64,000 bases of DNA, from NCBI GenBank assembly GCA_031835245.2, contig JAVKOQ020000035.1:62001-126000 (forward strand). The letters run 5' to 3'. Shown piece after piece: positions 13,301-25,425 of this stretch. Source of the stretch: Balamuthia mandrillaris (Eukaryota). The notes beneath the pieces are model-generated. The model ran no database searches, was not told the DNA's origin, and saw nothing but the letters and a program-made list of their open reading frames with translations. Numbering within the stretch: position 1 is the first letter of the stretch; the number at the start of each line of letters is the position of its first letter. Position numbers and translations under genes: made by a program.

Positions 13301-14030
13301 ATGTCCAACGAGGTAGACGTTGTTTCTGGCAATGCGGTGTTGAAGTACTGCCTTTTGGCCAAGAGCTCCAAGGGAAAGGCCTGCGCCGCCGTCATCCAGC
13401 AGGCCCTCAGTAACCCACACACCTTTGTCTTTGGTGAGCTGTTGGACATGCCCAACGTCAAAGCAGTACGTTTTTTTTATTTGTTCGATTACAACAACCA
13501 TCAAATCGACTCGCTTTTCTTCTTCCCTTTGTTATTTTTTTTTCTCTCCCTTCGATTCATCACAAACGTTGATTTATTCGCTTACACACACACACACAAT
13601 CGGTAGCTTGCAGAAACACCCGAGAACAAGCCCTGGTTCGAAGCGCTCAGCCTGTTTGCGTACGGCACCTACTCTGACTTCAAAGGTGACCTCTTCTCTC
13701 TCTCACTTTTGATTTTGGGCTACTACCGAAAATCGTTTCTTCTTTGTTTTTCCCCCCTCACCTAACACGCGGCTAACAACAGCACAAACGGATAAGTTTC
13801 CTGAGCTCTCAGAGCCCCTGCTGAAGAAACTGAAGCAGCTCTCTGTGGTCTCCATTGCCGCTGTACAGAAGGTGAGTGTTCTTAAGAACAGTGCCAAACT
13901 AGCAACCACTCTTTCTTTGGCTTGCTATTTTCTTTGTAGTCGTTGCTCACCGTTCTATCTGTTCATTTTGTTTCTCGTCCATTGCTTCTTTCTCTTGTTC
14001 TCTCTATCTTGCTCCCTCTCCTCCCTCTCT

Positions 14031-14074
<44 letters not shown>

Positions 14075-14373
14075 TTTCTCATAATAGAGCATACCGTATG
14101 TGAGATTGTTGCAAGAGCTTGAAATTTCCAACGTGCGAGAGCTGGAGGATTTGATCATTGACTGCATCTATGCCGGCCTCATCCGCGGAAAGCTCGACCA
14201 GAAACAACAGCGCTTCCAGGTCGATTGGGTAATGGGTCGTGACATCAGACCTGGACAAATCGAGGACATGATTCAAGTTTTGACCGCATGGTTTGTATTT
14301 TCTTTTCATCTTTGTACTTTTGTTTCTATGCTTGTGGTCGTGGGTGTTGTGGTTTTTGTTACACTAACCCTCG

Positions 14374-14404
<31 letters not shown>

Positions 14405-14900
14405 TACTGACTTACTAAAATGATGTCTCAGGTGTGAAAAGTCTGAAGAATTGATGGAAACCATTCAAGAAAAGGTGAAGACAGCCAACTTGATTCAAGA
14501 ACAACACAAACAGGAGAAGAAGGTATTCGAGGAGAAAGTGGAGTCCATAAAGGAGGGCCTCAAGGCCGCCATGGCAGCTGAGATGTCTGGAGACTTTGAT
14601 GGCGCCGACATGAGCGCATTTGGTTTCGGTGGCGCTAACAAGAAAGGGTTAGTTCTTCTCTTCCGTTGCTTCTCTTTTTCCTTCATCACATCTCTTCTCT
14701 CCGTGTCGCTTCTCGCTCCTCACTTTCTCTGCTACTCTCTCCACTCTCGTGCTCTCCCTCCCTCGCTTCTCGCTCTCTCTTCTCCGCGTGCTCTCTACAC
14801 TTCTTTTCTGATGTTGATGTTTTTTTTGTCTGATTTGTTTCAAAGACGTAACAAGCCCAAAGGACAAAGCGCTTATGACCAACCAAATCGCAGAAAGTAA
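13301..14900 (+). CDS. CSN7: COP9 signalosome subunit 7 (PCI domain), multi-exon
   Basis: SKGKACAAVIQQALSNPHTFVFGELLDMPNV; LFAYGTYSDF; LKKLKQLSVVS; NVRELEDLIIDCIYAGLIRGKLDQK...GRDIR. Confidence 0.93.
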
Positions 14901-15465
14901 AAGAGAGAAAAAGATGAATGAATAGATGGGCGGCTCCTTGCCCTCTCCTCTCTTTTTTGACTTATCTTCCTTCCTTCGTTGTACCTTTTTTTTTTCTCTA
15001 TAATTAATATTGTGGGAAGTTCATTCCAATCAGCTTGACCATCTCCTCCAGAGTATTGCACACTCTTTGATGTTTACAGGCCCCAAGTCACCAGAGTTGG
15101 TGTAACGATGCGAGAAGCCGGTGAGGAAAGAGGAAGAAGAGAGAGCTCCTTCGTTTGCGTTTCTTCTTGCTGCCCTTCTTCTCTGCAGGGCAAACAGGTC
15201 GAGGGGGTTCCTATATCTCCGTTATCCATATTAAGTAGAAAGCTGACGCAATGCTGTCCATTTTTGTCCGAACCTTCCAAAAATGGAAATTAATGACGTC
15301 ACTCAAAATGCATCCTCTATGGACACCAGCGAACCGGTAGCACGTCTTTTTAACGCTGCTATCGGGTGTCTTTTGTGTCTTTGTGAGTTTTTGCGGTGAC
15401 AAAAAAAAAAGGCGTAGTGGGCCCACCCAACATCCTCCTAGATCTCTATCAAACGAAGGGAGGCC

Positions 15466-17308
15466 ATGAAGCAGAGGAGCTCCTCTGGGACACACGGCGG
15501 CGCTGGCTCGTTGGCCGCTCCTCCAACAAGAACAACGACAAAACAACAGGCAGCAGCAGCAGCAGCAGAAGCATCGCCGTCATTGTCGTGGACGACCGAG
15601 GACCGCGCCGCCGTTCTGATACAGCGGCGATGGCGGGGCATGCGGACGCGCCGCACTTGGACCAAACTGGTCTGGCAACAAGTTTGGAACATTTTGGACA
15701 ATGACGATGGTTCGTTGTTGTTGTTTTTTATTTATTTGGTGTTTCTTGTTAAGATTTGATTTGAGTTGATGTTTTTTTGACTTTATTTGCTTCTCCTCTC
15801 TTCTCTCTGCTTCTCTCTTCTCCTCTTTCTCTCCCTTCTCCCTCCCTCCTCTCTCTCTCTCTCTCTCTCTCTCTACAGAGAAGCAAAGCATAAAGGACTT
15901 TCAAAAGTACAAAAAGTTGGAAGCGTTTCTGCAGCAAACAAAACTTGGCCTTTCGCGTGCCTCTTCTCAGCAACCATCTCAACTTCAAGAAAAGACAACC
16001 ACAGCAGCAACAACAGCAACAAGTGAGGAAGAACAAGAAGCAACAGCAACAAAGAAACAAAAACAACAAAAAGATAAGGAGAAAAAGAAGAAAGAGCCGC
16101 CGAAGAAGCAACCAAAAAGAGAAGAATCGGAAGAAGAAGAAGAAAGCGAAACAACAACAGCTACGAAGAAACAAAGTGGAGGAGCAAAACACCACCAACA
16201 GCCGCAACCGTCGCGAAGTGCATTGTGGTGGCTACCGAAAAGACATTCTCCTCGAACAGTTGTTCCTTCTTCTGCTAACGAACAAGAAGAGCGCCATGTG
16301 ACTCAAAAGGAGGAAGGAGATCAAGGACATCACCGCCACCACCATCATCGTCATGAACACCAACACCATCACTATCATCATGGAGCAACTAAAACAGAAT
16401 CACACTCTGAGAAAAAGAAGAAGAAGAAACACAGAGAAGAAGAAAACTCTGCAACAACAGCAGAAACAGAAGAAAGAAAAACAAAGTTACGGTTTGAAGG
16501 GTCAGAAAGCCTGTTGGAGGCAAAAAAGAGCAAAAAGATAAAAGAGGCAGAAGATTCAGTTCTCGTACGGAAGCAAAAAAAGATAAAGAAAGCTGCCTCC
16601 GCTCCGCCTACTACTTCCGTCACCAGCAACAAACCTTTCTCCATTTATTTGGAAAAGGACAAGCCACTCACACAAGGCATGACTGAGTCTCTTCTCAGTC
16701 ATTTCAAAAAGGTTTCTTCAGCGTCTTGCTTCTTTTTACTTGCGTGCTTCTAACACTGTTCTATAAAACAGGGACAACTACTAGAGAGAAGCTGTGCGAG
16801 AGAGATTATCAGACGTTTAAAGAAAGCGTTGATAGAAGAAGATGCGGCCTACCAAGGCAGTGCCATGCGCGAGCTTCGCATCCCCCAAGGAGCACGGCTC
16901 ACCGTGTTAGGAGACACTCATGGCCAATTGGATGACCTTCTTACCGTCTTTCGATTAAATGGTCCGTCATATATCTCTGTTATCTGTTCTCTGTTCTTAC
17001 CGCTTCACCTCGCTCTCCTCTGCTTTCCTTATTTTCTTATTGATGATGGAAACGGAATGTAGGAGTGCCAAGTCCAATGAACATTTATCTAGTGAATGGT
17101 GACTTTGTGGATAGGGGAGACTATGGGTTTGAGATTTGCATGTTACTGTTCTCATTCAAACTGTACTGCCCACAATGCATTTATCTCAACAGAGGAAACC
17201 ATGAAGCTAGTCACATGAACGCCAAATACTCTTTTGAGGTATAATATCCTTCTGGTTTCTCACTCTTTTTCTCTCTTCCTCTCACTGCTCCTTGCTCGCG
17301 TGCGCGCG

Positions 17309-17339
<31 letters not shown>

Positions 17340-20300
17340 CCTCCCTCTCTCTCACATCTCCAATTTTTTATTATCTGTCCATTCTGTTTTAATAGGCAGA
17401 AGTTTTGCGGAAGTACGATCGCAAAATGCTTGACAAGGTACAAGAGGTATTCAAGTATCTACCATTAGCTACTCTCATACACGACCGCGTGCTGGTTCTT
17501 CATGGCGGTCTCTTTAGTAGCAACGACATTACTTTGGACCATATTCGCAGGTGCGCCTTGCCTTCCTTTCGCTTGATCTGTTTATCAACAAATAGTGATC
17601 TTACCTCTTAACAATAGCATCGACTACAAGAGGCAAGCACCGCGTAAAGTGCAATCCTTCAACGATCAGTTGTTTTCGGAAATATTGTGGAGCGATCCAC
17701 GTCCCATCACCGGCACTGCACCCAGCCAACGTGGAGCTGGAGTATATTTTGGACAAGACGTCACTCAACAGTTTCTTGGTACTCTTATTCGTTGTTCCCC
17801 CTTTTATGTTGGTTTTAAAGAATTTAATGCTTATTATTCTTGTTATCTTTTGTCAAACTGCATTTGCAGAAAGGAACGGCCTTTCTCTTATTATTCGCTC
17901 CCACGAAATGGTGGCAGAAGGCTTTCAGTTGATGCATGGTCGTCAGATAATCACCCTGTTCTCCGCGTCCAACTATTGTGGCGCTAATGAGAACTTTGGT
18001 GCCTTTATAACCTTTGGCGAAGGATCATATGACGACGACGAAAACATGAAGGACGGTGCTATTTCAAAAAATAGTGGTAGCCTCATTATACGACAACATG
18101 TCTCTTATTCTAGTACTACCACTTCTTCTTCTGCTGTTTCTCTTTCGTCGAATGAAAAAGCACAAACCAACAACAGCGAAGGCAAAGAGGAAGACATAGG
18201 TGCTGGCAAGCTCGGCGAGAAGAGAGATTTTCCTTCTCTCGTTCCAGTTTTTCATCGCTTTCAAGCAGATCCTATCTTTGGCAATCTCACCATGCATACT
18301 TTGGATATGGATGAGCTGCAAACTGACATCTTGCAAAAACTGCGAGAACGCGTCTTTGAGAATCGGTAAAAACCAATTTGCTCCCTCTCTTCTCGCTTTT
18401 CTTCCTCACGACCTACTGTTTCATTCCTTTCTCACTTTGCAATTTGATAATATTGTTCTTCAAAACAGGGAGTTATTGTTAGACTATTTCAGCAAATTAC
18501 AAGATAGCAATCAAGCTAGGGACATTAACAAAGCAAAGAAAGCAAACAAGTCAACTAAATCGACCACTACACCAACGACAAGGGCTTCAGAGGAATCAAC
18601 TCCATCAAAACCTAAAAAGGCCAGCTCACCTTCTTCTTCTCCAGTTACTTCCAAGAAGAAGCTACAACAAAGCAAGGAACACAAAGAAAGCGAGAGTCAT
18701 AAAAAAGACGAAGCGAAGCAAGTCGATAACGAAAAAAACCACACCAAAGAAAAGGACCGAGAAACAACGACAACAAAGAGCAAGAAGAAAGCCAAAAAAT
18801 TGGCAGCAAACAAGAAAGTGACCAAGTTGCAATGGGCACAAGCCATGGATGAAGTTCTAAACTTGCCTTCCATGCCATGGTTGCTGTTGAGGCCTTACCT
18901 CGCTGTTTGCGAGAAGGATGGCACCATCGATTGGCACAAGTTTCTTTCTCGCTATCAGATCCAGCTCAATCGGTAACTTTATTTTGTGTATGTTTCTTTC
19001 AAAATGATTAACGTGTTTTTGCATGACTGAACGCAGCCGATTAGTGGAGCGATGGGTGGACCTCATAACCGAAGAAGTATGCCAGAAAATATACAGCCTT
19101 GACTTTCCAGACAATCCTCTCGAGCGGGTCTTTGAAGAGCATGATATCACCCAAGATGAAATTCTTGGTACTTCTTCTTTAACTTTGCTTCTCTATTACT
19201 CTTATCTCTTTTCTTGTGTTTTGTCTGCCTTCTGTTCTTTTTCTTCTTATTTCTTCGCATAACTTTAATCCGACGTAAACACAAGACTTTAACGAATTCA
19301 TGGCAGCAATGCAAACACTCGGTCTGGACTTAAGCGAGACACAACTTCGAGACTTTGTGCGGTCCATCGATCCTGCTCGCAACGACCACGCCGTCAGCAA
19401 GCAGGCCTTCATCGCACACTTCCTACCTGATCTGACTGCCCTCCAAGAGGCGGACGAAAAATGGATCCGAGAAGCTATGTCTGCTATTGGTATAGCATCC
19501 GCTTACTTCTGCTTCTGTTTCTTATTTCTTGTTATTTCCTACTTCATCTTCTTACTCCTTCTGGCAACAAAAACATAGGTACACTTATATACAAGAAAGC
19601 AACAAAAGATGCCACAAAAGGAGCTGACACCAGCTCAACATCACCAACAACAGCCTCTCCTCGTCTCAGCAATAGAAAAGAGGGTGAACAAACCCTAAAA
19701 CAAATGTTCCGACAGTTTGACCTCAACAAAGACGGCCGCATCTCCTACCATGAGTTCAGCTCAGCTCTTCGAAAGCTGGGTCTCAGCAACAAGAACCCGG
19801 CTGTGGCTTATCAGTACGGCAAGAAAGAGCGCATCAAACTGGCTCTTCACTTTGACAAGAATCGTTCTGGCTATATCAACTATAAGGAGTTCATGAAAGC
19901 CTTTCAGGTGGATGATCTCTGCTCCTCCACCGAACGGTTGAAGAGTCTCAAGCAGGAACGAGAGAAGGAGCGAAAGGAACGAGAAAAGAAGGAGAAGGAA
20001 CTTTCCGTCATGTCAGCGACAACAGAAACAGAGACAGAAAAATTACCAACCTCTGATGCTACAACAGCCATTTCCTCTACTCCAACGCAAGAACAAGCGC
20101 CAGCTACTTCTTCTACGGACGTTGGATCATCCAAACAAGGAGTGAGAACTCCTGCTACCCCCTCTGCTCCCTCTACTACAGATCCCGATTGGAAGACAGA
20201 TATTATCCATCGTCTCAGCCGAATGTTCTGGCAAAACCGATACAGCATCGAACGAGCCTGGCGTCTCTTTGACAATGACGGCAGCGGCTTCATCGACGCC

Positions 20301-20597
20301 AAAGAGTGGGAGGTTGGCTTGACAGCACTAAACGAGGCTCTCGCCGCGACAGAGGATGATCCTTCGTCATCGTTGGTTAAGTTGAGCCCGAAGCAAATGG
20401 CAGAGCTGTTTGCGGTTGTGGACATCAAGAAAACAGGAAAGGTGGACTACGAAGAGTTCTTGGACACGTTTCGAGTGGTGGACACGTCGTCCTCATCCCC
20501 GGTGAAAGAGGAGGAAGGAGGAGGGAGAAAAGGAATCGGAGGAGCCAGGAAGGGCAGCGGAAGAACGCTATCCTATGTCGTTCAGTCAGCAGAATAA
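15466..20597 (+). CDS. PPEF: PPEF/rdgC-type Ser/Thr phosphatase with N-terminal IQ motif and C-terminal EF hands, multi-exon
   Basis: IQ motif AAVLIQRRWRG. PPP motifs GDTHGQ, NGDFVDRG, NRGNHE, HGGL, WSDP, RSHE, FSASNY. EF loops DLNKDGRISYHE, DKNRSGYINYKE, DNDGSGFIDAKE, DIKKTGKVDYEE. Confidence 0.9.
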
Positions 20598-20825
20598 CAA
20601 TGAACAAGCTGTAACTTGTATTTTTTTGAAAAATAAGCAGGGATAGGCTCTACTCTCATCTCCTGTATTATGCCTGCATCGCCTCAGAAAAGAAAAACAA
20701 GTCCTCTTCTTCCTCTTCTTCTCCGACATGAATGGATCAAGAAGAGTACCTGGAGAGCAAGAAAAATAACCCGACTGCTGCTTCTTCTTCGTCGACGGCG
20801 AACAAACCAACATTCGTCTGCCGTT

Positions 20826-22061
20826 TTATTCCTCCTCCCTATTTTGTTTTTCTTTCACAAGGTACTTTCGCTCCCAAGAAGGACACCCATTGCTTTTGGC
20901 CCATTGCAACACGTCTAAGTGGCCACGGTTTGCGGCCGCCGCACAAGTCCGCTCATCCCAAGGGCACCCATTCTCTCTGGCCCATTGCAGCACTGCCAAG
21001 TGTCCGTTCCTCGCCGCCGCCGCACAGGTCATCACGTCCCACGGGCACCCGTTTTCTCTGGCCCACTTCAGCACCTCCAAATGCCCGCCAGAAGCAGCAT
21101 GGACGCAAGTCCGTTCGTTCCAAGGGCACCCTTGTTCTCTGCACCATTTCAGCACGTGCAAGTGTCCGTGGTCTGCGGCATGGGCGCAAGTCATATGGTC
21201 CCAAGGGCATCCGTTCCCTCTGGCCCATTGCAGCACTTCCAAGTATCCCCTTCTTGCTGCGCTTCTGCAGGTCGATTCGTCCCAAGGGCACCTTGTTCTC
21301 TGCACCATCTAAGCACTTCCAAGTGTCCGTGGGCCGCTGCTTCGGCGCAAGTCCTTTCATTCCAAGGGCATCCCCTGTTCTCTGGCCCACTTCAGCACCT
21401 CCAAGCGCCCATTCTCAGCAGCAGAAGGACAGATGTCAACCTTCGAAAGAGAGGTATACTTTTCAAGCCATTCCAATATCTTTAAATGCCCTTCTTTGGC
21501 AGCACAAACAGAAACCCTGTGGTCCCAAGGGCATCCTTGCGCTCTCAGCCACTGCAACACCGCCAAATGTCCGCCGCTCGCGGCACAGCTACAAGCGCGT
21601 TCGCCCCAACAAGGGCGTCCTTGTTGTTGCTTTCTAGCCCACTGCAAAGCCTCCAGCTGCCCTTGAAAGGCTGCCTCAGCGCAGATCTCTTCTTTAAGGG
21701 GACACCCGTTGGCCACAGCCCACTGCAACATGGCCAGGCTGCTGCAGACTGCCTCCGCCTCCACAGTCTGCCTGAGGTGCGCTGGAGCACAAGAGTACCA
21801 CCGACGGCAGGTTCTGGCGGCCGCAGCCACCCAACTGTCGGGAAGGAACTGGAGGATGTGGCACAGAAGCTCCTCCGGCAGCAGGGCTTCTATCCAACAA
21901 GTTGCAGCGTCTTTGCTTGCAGCGGTGCTTCGCAACCGCGCAGGGTGGCCTCTTGTTCTTTGCTTTTTCGTTTTTGTGCCTTCCGCGGGCGCCTTGCCAT
22001 CGTTGCAACGCTCCTCGTGCGTGTGTTTGCGTTTGCCGCCAGCGCTTCCGCCAGCCGACAT
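20826..22061 (-). pseudogene. F-box plus ankyrin-repeat protein (GCPW-type repeats), disrupted as assembled
   Basis: F-box LPEELLCHILQFLP...TCRRW and repeats AAxxGHLxVLxWARxxGCPW. A +1 and a -1 frameshift enclose a TGA at 21357-21359. May be an assembly error rather than a true pseudogene. Confidence 0.7.
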
Positions 22062-22181
22062 CCCACCTCCCCCTTTCTTTGTTGCGAGGTTTCTTTTTTT
22101 TTCTGTTATTGACAAAAAAAGCAAAACGAGGGGTGGTGTCGAACCCGCAGCAAAAAAAAAAGGAGGAAGAAAAAAAGAAGC

Positions 22182-22253
22182 AGGCGCCTACGAGGATCGA
22201 ACTCGTGACCTTCAGTTTACGAGACTGACGCTCTACCACTAAGCTAAGGCGCC
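22182..22253 (-). tRNA. tRNA-Thr(CGT)
   Basis: 72-nt cloverleaf GGCGCCTTAGCTTAGTGGTAGAGCG TCAGT-CTCGTAA-ACTGA AGGTCACGAGTTCGATCCTCGTAGGCGCCT, followed by a T-run. Confidence 0.97.
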
Positions 22254-22692
22254 CGACGTGTTTTGAATCATCCGGAACAAGATTGGGAGAGGAACATAGA
22301 TTGAATCTAAAACCAAAAAACAGTTCAGCCGCTCACTCTCTTCCTCTGTAGCACCGCAGGGTAGACATAAGTATTATTAGAGGAGTCATGTTTTTTGCCC
22401 CTGAGACAAAGGGGAATAGTATGCCATGTTATCTTGGTTTTGTCTACTCCTGCAAGTTTTATCGTCTTCCTCTCCATACAGTTGCTGAGATTGTCTCACC
22501 GCCTCATCACCTGCCTCATCCTTCCCCTCCTTTCTTCTTTGAGTACTCAAGTATAATGTGCCATCCAACCTTGTTATCTCTCGCGTTGCTTGTGAGCAGT
22601 TTTTCCACTTTTTCCACTAGCCATTTTTCTGCTCCCACCACTTCCAAACTTAACGGTACTCATCAGCAAACCTGCAGCCCAACCGGTCCCAT

Positions 22693-23146
22693 AAATGGTT
22701 CAGCTGCTCATGGTCGTACTGGGAGGAAAGGCCTTTCCCTTGTGGCCTTGAACAGACGAGGGAGTGGGTCTGTTGGCCATCATCAATCACAACCATCAAA
22801 TCTTCTTCGCCGCAATCAACGCTCTCTCCCATTCCCTTTCACCAGCCACCGTTGGAAGGGAGTCCAATCCTTCACGTTCCTCACAACGCCCTCCTTGGGA
22901 GAGAGGGTTGATTGCAGCGAAAAAGATTTGATGGTTGTCGGGAGGCGATAGGCGATGCAGCTAGCAAATGCTCTGCCATCCACACTATTATCTCCGACAT
23001 TCCGTCCACCACAACGGAGGCATTCGTGTAGGGGAGTGCCAACCCCTCGTACCATCAGTGCCTGACAGCACCAGGTTGTTTGTCCCCTCGGCTAGCATAA
23101 GACGGCCATAAGACCTCTCTTCACGGACCATTTCGTACGGTTTTTT
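22693..23146 (+). ncRNA. Candidate structured ncRNA of unknown family
   Basis: Nested complementary segments 22693-22701/23125-23133, 22710-22717/23102-23109, 22756-22762/23044-23050 and 22789-22831/22896-22938. No internal T4 run, ends at T6 (23141-23146), no convincing ORF. Confidence 0.5.
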
Positions 23147-23185
23147 AACCTAGCGGAGAAGAAGGGGACGGGAAAAAAAAGAAAT

Positions 23186-23257
23186 AGGCGCCTACGAGGA
23201 TTGAACTCGTGACCTTCAGTTTACAAGACTGACGCTCTACCACTAAGCTAAGGCGCC
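23186..23257 (-). tRNA. tRNA-Thr(TGT)
   Basis: Same body as the CGT copy; anticodon loop CTTGTAA; T-loop GTTCAA. Confidence 0.97.
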
Positions 23258-23356
23258 CTTTACACTTTTGTGATGAATTTCTCCGCCCCGTAAAACAGTT
23301 TTCATCCCTCTTCCCGCCAAAAAGGCGGGAGGGAGGACGACTCGCTCGTGGGAGAG

Positions 23357-24688
23357 ATGCAACCACCATCGGGCGGCGGCGTTGGCTACACCGCGCTCAG
23401 CGCTGAGGAGGCGGCCGAGATCTTGTCACGCTACCAACCTCACCTCGGCTCCTTCGTGGCTATTTCTGTGCGTTTTCTTCCCTCCCAAAAAAAAAAAACC
23501 TTTCTTCACTGCTACTCCTTCTTCACTCACTCTTCTCCGGATTATGATGATCGACCAAAGGCTATTGCAGGGGGCAACGCGAACTCCAACTACAAGCTGC
23601 GAACCACAACGGGCAACTTCCTGCTTAAAGTGTGTGATGAAAAGCCCAAAGAAAGTCTTGATGTACAAACCCTCTCCTCTTGTTCCCTTCAAAGTCATGA
23701 TCACGTAACTCAAGCTGTTTTGATGAGATATAGCTGCAAGTGAGCGCGTTGCTACGGATGAAAGAGCACAGCTTTCCTACTTGTTTTCCTCATCCGCTCT
23801 CTCTTGATGAACCCACGCAGTGTGTTCTTCTTCATCGTGGCTCTCGCGTCGTTATTTACGACTTTTTGCAGGTTTTTGTCTCTTTCACTTGTCTTCTCAA
23901 TCTCTTTCTTCTTCTTTGCTTCTCTCTCTCTTTCTCTCTCTCTCTCCACTCTTCACTCTTCACTCTTCACTCTTCACTCTTCACTCTTCACTCTTCACTC
24001 TTCACTCTTCACTCTTCTCTTAGCATCTCTGCCCCTCTCGTTCTCTAGTCCTCTTCTCTCGATCTCTTCTCTACATTATCTTTGTCCTGTTTCTTTCCTT
24101 CTCTGTTCCGTCTATCTTCTTGTTTTTTCTTGCTATCAGGCTGACCAGAATGAATGCTAGGGTAAAGCAGGAACAACAGCGAGTATGACTGCTGTCATGG
24201 CAGAGGGACTTGGAGCTGCTGTTGCTGCATTACACAACATTGCTCCCATTGAGGGCTTGCCTCCTTTCCCAATGGGGTATCTTCTCTCTCTCTCTCTCTC
24301 TCTCTCGTCCTTATCTCACTTTTTTATACTTCTTCTGACAACTATTCCACAACAAGAACTTCAGCAATTTATCCATTCTTAGAGGAAGTTAAGGGAACTG
24401 CGTTTGCTGATCACGACTTTGTTCGCTTCCTGAGCAGCACGTTGGAAGAGCTGAAAGAAGCCGTCGAAGATCCTTCTCTCCCGCAAGGAATGGTCCATGG
24501 TGACATCTTTCCAGATAATGGTATTCCAGTTTTCTCTTGCTTGTCTTTGTTTTTCTGTTTGTTCATTTGCCTGCTGCTGTTATTCACATTTGGGATAGTA
24601 ATTTTCAGTGAAGAAGGGCGAGTGGTTGGAATTGTGGACTTTGAAGAAGTTTGTTTAGGTCCTACCATTCTTGATGTTGGCATGGTTT

Positions 24689-24729
<41 letters not shown>

Positions 24730-25238
24730 CTCCTCCTCCTCCTCCTCCTTTTCCTGTTCCTATTCCCTTTTGGTTTAAACAAAAAACCTCCAGACAATCG
24801 TTGGATGCTGTTATCCAAAAGACAACAAGTTGGATGAAGAGTTGGCCAAAACCTTTTTGACAGCCTATCGCAAAGTGCGACCTCTGAGCGATGCGGAGCT
24901 GCGACTGTTACCTGCTTTCATAAAGTATGCCGCATTGACTATCGCCTTTTGGAGATTCAGGTTTGGGGAAATGCTCATCTTCTCTTGTTGTTCCTTTCCT
25001 CGTTCCTTTCTTGTTCTTGTTCTTGTTCTTGTTCTTGTTCTTGTTCTTGTTCTTCTTCTTCTTCTTCTTCTTCTTCTTCTTGTTCTTCTTCTTCTTCTTC
25101 TTCTTTTTCTCATTTTCTCCCTTTGTTGCTGGTAGACAATTCAACCTTCGGTATCCCAACGAGCAAAGAAAGAACGACCATGAGCCAATGGTAGAGCGCA
25201 TAAAATCTCTTTCCTCCTCTTCCTCATTCTCTTCATGA
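23357..25238 (+). CDS. thrB: Homoserine kinase type II (APH/choline-kinase-like fold), multi-exon
   Basis: YTALS...IAGGNANSNY; LPQGMVHGDIFPDNVIF; GIVDFEEVC...LDVGM; FLTAYRKVRPLSDAE...YAALTIAFWRF. This matches the motif order of type II ThrB; the substrate is inferred. Confidence 0.72.
23947..24016. repeat. (TCTTCAC)n heptamer array, intronic
   Basis: Directly visible tandem repeat. Confidence 0.95.
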
Positions 25239-25278
25239 AATAAAACAACGCTCAAATACAGCAAACAGAGTAAGGAGA

Positions 25279-25425
25279 ACGATGAAGAGAAGAGAAGAGA
25301 AGAGAAGAGAAGAGAACGATGAAGAGAAGAGAAGAGAAGAGAACGACGAAGAGAAGAGAAGAGAAGAGAAGAGAAGAGAAGAGAAGAGAAGAGAAGAGAA
25401 GAGAAGAGAAGAGAACGACGAAGAG
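25279..25425. repeat. (GAAGA)n-rich microsatellite, intergenic
   Basis: Directly visible. Confidence 0.9.

Noticed and set aside
17244..17251. ATATCCTT, the U12-type donor consensus
   Set aside because: The frame is restored by the GT donor at 17239 and an AG acceptor; no matching AC acceptor was seen.
22388..22951. 187-aa ORF between the tRNAs
   Set aside because: It has no protein-like features; the mirrored peptides on both strands simply reflect the inverted repeat.
22721..23120. RNase P RNA identity suggested by GAGGAAAG
   Set aside because: No complementary CR-V segment to form helix P4, and the motif sits too close to the 5' end.
24277..24356. GTATCTTC donor as a minor-class intron
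   Set aside because: Imperfect match and no TCCTTAAC-type branch site.
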